Shown here in pieces: positions 50,110-59,495 of a DNA stretch of 64,000 nucleotides. Source of the DNA: Fimicolochytrium jonesii (Eukaryota); assembly GCF_025526975.1 (NCBI RefSeq), contig NW_026515691.1, positions 1 to 64,000 on the forward strand. Direction: 5' to 3'. The notes below the pieces were generated by a model. The model was given only the letters and a program-made list of their open reading frames with translations, searched no databases and had not been told where the DNA came from. Within the stretch, counting starts at the first letter, position 1, and each line of letters opens with the position of its first letter. Both the position numbers and the translations under genes were made by a program.

Positions 50110-50949
50110 GCGGGCAGGGCAGTCTGACCACTACGGCTTTCACCCCAGACGGAGATATGGAAAGCTAGTAGGCTGTGTGTGACAGCCAAATAGCTAGGGT
50201 CTTCCTTTCTGGTGTGCCTCCTGTCCCATCCGGACTGTCGAGGCTCTGAGAGGATACCCCGAGTAGATGGCTGCTCACGCTCACCGAAACACTTTTCTCA
50301 CCTGATGGGAGAACCTAACCCTAAGTGTGTGTCGGGGCGTTGAGAATCGTGTTCGAGCAACCTGGCTGGAGACGTCTGTTTGTGCACGTCTGCGTTCGCG
50401 CAGATTGCTTTGCTGAACAGAGCCGTCTCTCTGCCTGCTCACATTGATGCTCCGCTTTGACGATGGCTTTGGTCATCGCCCTCATGCCCAGTATTTTACG
50501 GCTGTCTTTGACTGGGTTTCTGCTTGGGCAAACGCCCAACAGAACAAAAAAACTACAAGACGGTCTTAGGTCGCTGCCCGTACCTGTGTTGATATGTGTG
50601 TGCGGCTTGCCATTGCGTGCTTTGATCTTTCCTATCGAAATCGGGCTGGGGACGTACATCACCCCACGGAGACGCCTTGACAGCGGATGAAGACGATCTC
50701 TGCCATGCCTAGAAGCTGCAACCTTCGTTGGAGTTGGGGGAAAGTTTCGCAACAAAGGAGGGAAAACCGTCGGTAACCCTCGGGTAGGCCGTGCGTTAAA
50801 GGTTCGTCCTTGCTATTCCCTCCCGACGCGACATTGCTGCCTTTTTGGAGGTGTGCAAATTCCCTCGGCTTATACCAAACAGCGCTGCAAGTGGCGATAA
50901 TGGGCTTGGCATCGAGACTGTCTGGAACGTCTGTCTGGAGGACTTGCGG
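50110..50949 (+). ncRNA. Candidate telomerase RNA (TER/TR); ends approximate
   Basis: Template CCTAACCCTAA (50314-50324) directly after a hairpin (50295-50313); H-type pseudoknot (50487-50565); enclosing helix 50117-50129 / 50569-50579; CR4/5-like three-way junction (50757-50823) with P6.1 AAGG-UUCGU-CCUU; no credible protein ORF. Confidence 0.8.
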
Positions 50950-51280
50950 GTAAGTGGAGTGTGTTGTGGGATCATGCGCTCCCCTGCCCAAATTTTTTAC
51001 CTCCTGACTTGCAAGATGTCGGTCTTTGAACTGAGTATCAGTGGGATTCTGGTCTTTCAGAACCCCTCGAACTCACTTCAAAGGTCCCTCTGCAGTTTGC
51101 GGGAAATAAGAATTAATGCAATACTCCTTGGGATTGCCAGGGTGCGCCAAAGGCGGAGATTTGTCGGTCAAATTGTCGGTCACAACTGTCGATGCTATTC
51201 CCCAGCTTAGCAATATATGCAAAATGTGGCAAACGTAGGTACAAAGTGAACGAGGTTTGCGGCACCCCATGTTGCAAGTG

Positions 51281-52252
51281 CTACCTCCATGGCCGCCGTT
51301 CACTCGGTGGCCGTGCTTTTGTACTGGTCATGGAATGTGGTCTCGCCCGCATCGCAATCTCGCTGGGATGCCAATGCGTAAAACCACTCTTCCAGCATAG
51401 CCTCCCCTTCCCTCCTGTCAACCTATCCGCATCGTATCTCGAATCGACGACACCAGCGTCCCTCGTTCTCCATCGACCACCAGGCCTCGATCTCGAGGTA
51501 GCCAGCACATCGTCTTCGGCAAGAAAATCGGTAAGCGTGCAGCTAAAGTCGACCTCGGCTTTCGTCGAAGTACGCAGATATGGTCGACGGCCATCTACCG
51601 TGGGTGGTGGGCATCCGCGCTTCGGTATTGGACGCGAGTGCGGGTCGCGCTTTTCGTTATGCGAGCGTCGTGCCTGTGCTAGTCTTTTGGTGAAGTTGTG
51701 CAGTGCCAGCTGCGGTCGTGGGATTTGGGTTTGAGATGGAGGGACCGTTGTTCTGCCGCGCTTTGTGGGTTGCGGCGGTGGTCGGTGCGCTGTAGGGTCT
51801 TTCGGCTCAGCTTTCGTGGTCGGTCGCCCGTGATAAGCTCTCGTGTAGATGTTGCTCGAAGGTGCAGGTTTGCGCGTATACGACGCAGGGATCTTTGGCC
51901 CCTTCGACGAACACCCTTCCCTCCAGCGCCTTCTTCCCCTCTCCGCATCCTCATCGCCTTCCATCCCCACCCGAGCGTTCCGCATGCTCCCTCCCGCCTC
52001 CGCATCCCGCACATCCACACAGCCCCCCGCCACCGTCGAAATCACACCATCAATCTCCCTGTCACTCGACGCCGAAATCAGCCCTAATACCTCGGCGAAC
52101 AGGTTCTCGAGCTCGTCGCGCATGACTGTTATTCGTCCCGCTACACGCTCGGCATCGTCTAGCATTCGTAGGTATTCGGCTTCTGAGCCTTGCGGGATAT
52201 TGGAGGATTCGGATATCGAGTGTAGTTCTGGAATGTCTGATGTGTCTGACAT
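51281..52252 (-). CDS. Hypothetical protein (N-terminal coiled coil, basic low-complexity C-terminus)
   Basis: 323-aa ATG-initiated ORF, divergent from MIX23. No recognisable domain; exon structure uncertain. Confidence 0.45.
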   Translation of the reverse strand: MSDTSDIPELHSISESSNIPQGSEAEYLRMLDDAERVAGRITVMRDELENLFAEVLGLISASSDREIDGVISTVAGGCVDVRDAEAGGSMRNARVGMEGDEDAERGRRRWREGCSSKGPKIPASYTRKPAPSSNIYTRAYHGRPTTKAEPKDPTAHRPPPQPTKRGRTTVPPSQTQIPRPQLALHNFTKRLAQARRSHNEKRDPHSRPIPKRGCPPPTVDGRRPYLRTSTKAEVDFSCTLTDFLAEDDVLATSRSRPGGRWRTRDAGVVDSRYDADRLTGGKGRLCWKSGFTHWHPSEIAMRARPHSMTSTKARPPSERRPWR

Positions 52253-52586
52253 GGTTGATTGCTTTGTGCCTGGCGCACGACTGTTTTTGCAACGAGGCTA
52301 TTAGCAATCTTGAATTGCGAGCAAGATGAAACAGACGGAGACCTACAGAACATGTATGGATCGATAGAGAGCCCCAGGCTCCTGGTTCTTGCAAAAAGCA
52401 AAGCAGCCATGATTGAGGCCGCCGCCATGTTCGACATATTTCCGGACGGCCGACGCTTACGTTAACGCGTTCGAGGCTTGCAACATCATCCACTCGGAAG
52501 TTCCGATGTTCGGTAAGCTCCTATTCCCCGGCCAGTAGATCTAGACCTGCTACTCTGTGTAAATCTTCGTCCCTAAAACAACCGCA

Positions 52587-53582
52587 ATGGCAACGCCAGC
52601 ATCGTCACCCCTGGACGACCGCGCAATCACGACCGTCTGCCAGGACTACTCTTTATTCAAAAGTACGGTGAGCGGCTTTCACTGCTCTGGCAGCACTTCA
52701 CTGAACTGGATGCTGACGTCTTTACCTCTCCTTTCCAGGAACTTTACAGGTACTGTCGACTGGGCTTTGACGGCATAGTGGATATTGTTGGAGCGGGCAG
52801 TAGTTCTGCAAGCGTTTTGGATGACTAGCAGGGGAACATTTTGGTGTGGGAACGTGAACGACTCACCGTCGCGAGATCACTACAGCAATCGCGGATACTG
52901 GAAGATAACATAATACCGAGACTAAACGGATTGACGACACGGCAACCGAACTTTAGAGAGGTGCGGACTGGAAAACAGTTGCTCTCCTTGCTTTCCGTTG
53001 GGTTTGATCTTTGAGCAGCCGCTGAGTGGAAGACCTTTCCGCAGTCCTGTCAGCGGTTTGAAGATACATTACAAGCGGCGTATCGAAGTAGAGAACGGTA
53101 TGTATGGCGCTCTTCAACCTACAAAGCTTGTTGACACTCGTGCTGATTCCGACGTCACCCTTTGCGATGGGCAGATTGATAGCAGAATGTCTACGTGTGC
53201 GAGATGAGAGGATATCGAAGAACAGAGCAAAATTGGGGCCTTACTCGCCTGAAGACGATTCGGATCTCAGTAATGAGATTGCTCACGATGAGGGACAGGT
53301 GAGCGCACGTGAATCAGGGGCGAGCCGATGACGGCGGACTGGTTGGATATGCATTCAATGGACCCGACACCCGGACACGAACCCTCAGCCCACTCACACA
53401 ACCCAATGCAACCCCTGCACCTTCTCCTGCAGCGCCGAGCAATAGAACGCGAGTTCACAGTCGAAGAGATCCTACGCTCACGGACCTCCAACGTGTTCAA
53501 AACGCGATGCGCCGATTCCACCATCATCAAAGATTTTTGGGACGTGAGGAGGGATGCTAAACCTGTGTCCGAGTCGTCGTAG
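52587..53582 (+). CDS. MIX23: Mitochondrial intermembrane-space protein Mix23/CCDC58 (Cid2), multi-exon
   Basis: Exons give 'CQDYSLFK', 'SRILEDNIIPRLN', 'SCQRF...AYRSRERLIAEC' and 'EREFTVEEILRSRTSNVFKTRC', matching the Mix23 Cys pattern. Confidence 0.8.
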
Positions 53583-54058
53583 AGTTTGTAGCCAGCGAGG
53601 GGAAGATTAGAGTTAGATGGCTGATTCTTCGCTGGTTCGTTTTGCGGGAAATGAAATGACGACATCTATCAACACCTGAGCCTTTGCTGCAGGACATCAT
53701 TCCGTGCATCCGCTTTGAACTCCATCGTGTGACATTAGGCGAGGATCACAATCCTTATATTGTTTTACGGTCATGACAACCAGTATTTTTACAGGACAGG
53801 CTACTCCTTTGAAGACTTTACAACACACATCACTATCTATGAACCGAAGGGGAGGGGAGGAACTCGAAGAAAGAAACCCGCGGTGACAAACAGAAGTGAT
53901 AAGTTATCCAAAAGAGAGGGAGGGGAAATCGAGCAACAGAGAGTGTCCAAGAAGGGAGAGGGGGGGTATGGAGGCGAAGAGGTGTAGGAATTATTTCCCC
54001 GCTCAAAGACACGACGAAAAACAGCCAAAAGGGGAGGAAAAGAAAAAAACAGCGGCTC

Positions 54059-56481
54059 TCACTCCATAGTGAGATCAACCACATCCGCGCCTTTCTCCGT
54101 CTTCACTCTAACCCAATCATCAGCGCCGATATACGGCCCAACGGGCTGCTGGGCAGCACCCGCACCAACTTCATCTTCATCTTCTGAAAAGATCTCAATG
54201 ACGTCGACCTCGGTCCCCGTTTGCGAGGTGCCCTCGTCCGTTCCGACCTGATCGCTCCGGTCGTCGGATTCATCATCGTCATCCGCTTCTTCTCCCTCGG
54301 AGCTGGTCGGGTCAAATTCCTCCTCATCTTCCTCCTCCTCCTCCTCTTCCATTTCGCCTTCATCGTCCGAGTCGGCATTCGAACCGGAGTCGTCCGAAGA
54401 GCTCATGTCGTTAATCGGTATTGAGAAATCCGGCCGAATAGGGAGCCGATCCAACTGCTCCCTCTCCTCGTCGGCTAATTCCGAGTCTCTACCGTTCCAA
54501 AACCGGCCTCGAGCAGCCCGTTTCTGGGCCAACACAGCCGGCGAAACCCAAGTATTGGCGCCGTGTTTCCCGTTCTGCTGTTTGTCAGTCCCCTTTGCCT
54601 TGTGAGGAAGTTTGCATTTTCTTTTCGAACACTTTCCGTTAGCAGCAAATTCTGGACACTCGCACACATGTCGGAGCGGACATTGGCGTCCAGCTTGACA
54701 GAAACCGTCCATCGCGAAGGATGGGCAAACCGCTGTATCCAGGCTGTGCTTCACGTGAAGATAAGGGCATTCCTCGCTCTTGGTGCATCTGCCCCGTTCA
54801 AAGTGGACACAGATTGGCATGTTGTACTCCGTGGGTGAGTGCGAGAGTTTGCAAGGCGATTCCGTGCAACTTCCCTTGAGAAAGGCGGGACATACTGCCA
54901 ACCGTGCCGGATCGTGAATGTAAGGACATGATGCTCCTTTCTGACATTGACCTAGAATTATCGGGTTGCGAAGGTTGGAAGATGGATGAGAAAAAAATCA
55001 GTCGTCGATAAGCTCTGCAAGTTTGTCAGTACCAAAGCGATAGAATTGGCAATGCTTTTTCAATCGGGAATGGTGCGATTTCGACGTTTTATGCGCGCTC
55101 CTGGTGCGATTGGATGAAGATAATAAGTACTACATGGCGACAGCGGAGTAGCATCGGCTGATCCATGTTTGCTGTCCATATGGCCGAAGTCAGAAGCGAT
55201 CAAAAGGGAAACAAACTTGTCAGGAGTTCGCAGCGCTCTCGTTAACACGAGGTTTCCGCTCTTAGCTCGGCTGAACGATTGTCCGTTCAAAATTAATCGT
55301 TTTGGTGTTTTTATCTTTGACCTGTCGGCTGCGAAAAGAACGTGGAAACGGCGGATACGCCTCAATGTTGAAGAAACTATTCGCTGCGCCGTCGAGAAAA
55401 GTAATGGTAATCGATGCCTCACCATCTGTAACTCGGACCAACTTATTTCCAGATGCTCCCCCACGAATGAAGGCAACGCCGTTGATGCTGAGGCCTTTGA
55501 TAGCACGTGGGGTCTCTGTTTTTGCAAATAATAGTATCATCAGCGTTGTAAGCGACTTGGGAGACGCCAGTAAAGTCCAGCGTCCTCACCAGGATGAGAC
55601 GCAGAGGGCGATGTAGTGACAATCAGTTTCCGTCCGTCCGCACTCTTTTGATAGGACTTGCCATTGGACACGATCAAGGTGCGATGTTTTGAGGATTTAT
55701 GAAACGTAACCGATTTCGCCGTTATGGGTGCTCTGCGACGGGTACTCAACGTCAATACTCGCCATCCTCGAGAGCAGCTTGAGATGCTCTCGTTGCTCAC
55801 CCTTTGGATGGAGCACGCTTACTCAGACTTTCGGCCGCTGCTGCAGATTGAAGTAAGGCGGGAATTTGGCAAACTTGCGGCGAATATGACGAGACTTCTC
55901 CGAAATGCCCGACCATCGAAAATATACAAGCCCATCTCGGCATTGCTGAACGTACCACTTCCAACGCGATAAAGCTTGTTCCCTTTCTTAACGTATGATG
56001 CCTGTGGCAGTCCACTTCCCAGTGTTGAATTCTCACTGGTCGCACTGCCAGTACTCCGGTTGACAGACATGGCCGTGCCACTATTTTGATTAATCAGTTT
56101 GCGGTGATGGGATTTCACTGGCAGCGATGCCGTTTGCGTGCTTGTCCGCGCTACTGGGGCAAAACTCCGACTTGTCGTGACGGTTCTCCCACTGCTCCCG
56201 TTTATCAGTGTTTTGTTGTGAGGCCCCCGAGCACGACCTGCCGGAATCGGCGCTTTCGTATAGGGGTGGAACCCATGTTCACAATGCGTTCGTGCTATGG
56301 GCTTGACGGGGCCATTCAGAGCACCTGGTTCAGGTGAATCCACAGAGTGTGCATGAGAAACCCCATCCCTCCCTCTTTCGCCCATGTCTGAAGTCGCACC
56401 AGTCTTTATGCCTGAACGCAACGAGAGGCTCAACCTACCTGCAAGCAGCGATATCTGTCTGAGTAACTCGCTATCGTCCAT
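54059..56481 (-). CDS. ZC3H3: CCCH zinc-finger protein ZC3H3/Red5-like, multi-exon
   Basis: N-terminal 'MDDSELLRQISLLAG', tandem CCCH fingers ('CPYIHDPARLAVCPAFLKGSC...CKLSH', 'CVHFERGRC..CPYLH', 'CPSFAMDGFC..CPLRH') and an acidic tail. Confidence 0.8.
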
Positions 56482-57017
56482 ATTGAGCAGCTTGAGGTGA
56501 GACGCTAAGCTAACAAAAAGGAAGTCCGAATCCTGCACAATTGAAGAGCCGAGTAACACTGCCAAACAAGCTGGGAAGGGAAAACGAAGAGATAAAGGCC
56601 TGTGAAATAGCGGAAAGAGGAAGAGAACGGAGACGGGGTGAAGATATGGGCTGCGAGGGGGTAGGTGTTTCTCGATAGGATGTAAAGTGATGGGGAAACG
56701 GGGAACTTCAACTTCGACCGCCTGGCCCGCCTGCGCATTCGTCGCGGCATTAGCAAACGGATTGACCGAAGTGTGTTCGACGTGCTGGCTCAGAACATCA
56801 CGGACAGACCATTCGATGTAGCGAGCTCGGTGCTAATCTTGCGCACCTTTAACATACGCTGCCAACCTCACATCGACTTTGCTGCCATAGCGGTCTCCCG
56901 CCTCCGGCTGCTCCCAATTCGACGTGCTGGCAGAAACCTCAGAAACGTTACAGACAGACGACACATACACAACATACGTACTCCTGAACTGCAGCAAACA
57001 ACTTCAACTCAGCCAAG

Positions 57018-58062
57018 ATGAGCGATGACTTTCAATCCGCACCGCAGCCGCCGCCGAGACGCTTGGGGCGGCGCGCCAAACCAGCAGAAGGTGGACCAGA
57101 CAAGCTCCGCAAAGAAGACGACTTTCTATTTCGCGACGACCTGCTATCCGAAAGTAAAGCTGAAGCGGCGTTGATTGGGAATGATGAGCCACAGGAGCCT
57201 GCCTCTGTCGCAAAGAAGCCGCGGAGGATTCGAGAGATGTTAAGGCCGGAAGCGATGAAGGAGACAAGAGGTGGATGGGATACTCCAGCGCCAGAGAGCT
57301 CGCCGCCGCGGGGTGGACTAGTTGGAGGTACCTTCACCCGTGGAAAGAGTGGGTCAACTAGGAAGGAGGCGCAGGATGTGGAGGATATTGATGATGATGT
57401 AGACACGGTGCCTGTTCCGCCACCAAGGGATCGGAGGGAAAAAATAAAGCAAGTGTTGTGATGTGCTCATTTGGGAGATGTGGCAAGGCTAATATGGCAG
57501 TTCAGAAAGCAAACGACAGTAGGGCAGGATAGTTCTGACGATGCAGGTAAGCGCCCTGCTGGGAACATTCGATATTGATGCAGTGTCTAATGACATTGAT
57601 GTTTCCAGTGACCGTGATCATCCCAGATCTGGATCAAGTGCAAGACAACCAGATGCTCACTGAAGTTGCGGCTGCACCTGCGATCAAAATCAACAGATTC
57701 AAGAATATGCAGGAATTAGACGGGGAGCTTCTAGCTAGCACAGGACAGTTGATTGAGGTGAGCACCGGTCGATGCCTCTTTGCGAGCGGAATCGACTCAC
57801 AGTCGCTGTATTGCAGCCTCCAACATCACTGGCAGGCATAGATGTCTCTCTCCTGGTCTCGACAGCCCTCATTCCTCCAGATCAACTAGTCGAGCCAGAC
57901 GTACAATGGGATTGGGATGTCATCTTCACGGAGGTGGGTTCCGTTCGACCCGCTTAACATGTCTGCATTGCCTCATTCCACTTCCAGGTGACGAGCGACC
58001 TCCATGTCATTCAGAGCCCTGTGCCGTCGCCGCAGTCCAGCCCAAGAAGACAACGAGTGTAA
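57018..58062 (+). CDS. IFT43: Intraflagellar transport protein 43, multi-exon
   Basis: 'IIPDLDQVQD...VAAAP...ELD', 'GIDVSLL' and 'EPDVQWDWDVIFTEV|TSDL', the IFT43 C-terminal signature; TAA at 58060-58062. Confidence 0.88.
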
Positions 58063-58240
58063 TATGATTTCACCCGAGTGTGATATGATTTCGCCTTGAG
58101 GGCGTCCGCGCCGAGGCAATGATCTCATCTTCCCCTCCATAGGGTATCTGTATTTGTCCAGTAATACATACGCCAAAAATGGATGATATTCGCACCGACA
58201 AGTATCTCGCCAGATCTCGTAATAGCAAGAAGCTACGTTT

Positions 58241-58895
58241 TCATCCATAAAGACGGTATCTCTCTTTGCTCTCTTTGATGAGCTGATCTGCAGTCGCCTG
58301 TAACGCCGACGGCCGTTTATCCAGTACCTGAAAAACAAACCGATCAGCGCAAGCTCCATTACCAACCACCGGAATATGTCAGCTCATACCTTCCCCTCCG
58401 CTCCAATCCTCGCCCTCTCCCCAGTCCCCGACGCCTCAACGGACCCATCAAAGAGATATACAGTGTCAGCTTCCTGGTCATATGCGACGGGGAGATCACA
58501 CCGCGGACATTCCCATCTGCACTGTTTTTCGTATCCCGTGGATCTGTTCGTGAAACGGAGCAGTTCAGTCTCCAATGATGAACGGTCTTGCCCCAGAAGG
58601 CTTCCGTACCTCTTTATAATCCGCGTCGTCCCCCGCTTCAAGTTCAGTTTGAACGTCCTCTGCTTCGTTATCACGCTCGCATTGTCGGTTGGCCGACGCG
58701 GCAGCTTGTGGATGCGTTTATCTAGGCAATGCCGAGCGTCAGCCAGGAGTTCCTCCCCGTATTATGTTGTGACATACCTATGATGAGAACGTATTCTCCG
58801 CAGAATTTGCAGTAGTACACGTGAAGGTTCTTTTCGGCGTCTTGCGCGAGATCGTTACTTGCCGAGACTGTGCTGGAACTGACGATTTTTGGCAT
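58241..58895 (-). CDS. STEEP1: STEEP1/CXorf56 (UPF0428) family protein, multi-exon
   Basis: 'MPKIVSSS...LHVYYCKFCGEYVLI', 'LPRRPTDNASVI', 'GYEKQCRWECPRCDLPVAY'. Confidence 0.85.
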
Positions 58896-59495
58896 GGCAG
58901 TGTTGGCGGATTGACCAGTTGTGATGTGTTATAACAGCGAGCTGGTGTTGTTCAAGGTTCGTTGGGAAGTTCGCAGAATGAGAGTGTCGTGAGAGCGAGC
59001 TGAAAGTGTGACAAGAGATCAAAGATTTAAAAGTCGTTCAACTGCGATAAATTGAACATAAAGTGTTTGCAGTCGACGATGGCAAGTTTCGCTGGATTCG
59101 CAAAAAGAATATATGTATTCACAAGTACAGTCCCTCGTCCATCAAGAAGCAGATCACAAGCTACCGCACGCCAAATCACACAGAGCAAGTACAGAGAAGA
59201 GACTCCCCAAAGTCGGGAGGGGAATTGTGGGAGGAAAAGGGGTCGCAAAAATGGGAGACTATATAAGAGAATGAAGATAAAAATGAATAAGAAAGATAGA
59301 AACGAAATTCGATTGAATCGCTATATGCAAACAAATGAAGGGGTTGGCAAAATGGGGAGGAGACAGGGTGGAAGCAAAAATCCCAAATGGCCAGTTGGGG
59401 GTTGTCTCCGAGGAAGTGTTGGGCGGGTCAGAAACGAGTGGGCGAGATGGCTCCCCTCACGGCCAACCCGTCTCAACTATACGATGCCGTCGGCC

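Noticed and set aside
50872..50955. Box H/ACA 3' domain for the candidate TER (ATACCA fits ANANNA)
   Set aside because: The following hairpin is followed by GTAAGT rather than an ACA box, and ANANNA is too common to count alone.
50321..50991. Short ORFs on both strands across the candidate TER
   Set aside because: Short, overlapping and without domain-like content; the region is better explained by RNA structure.
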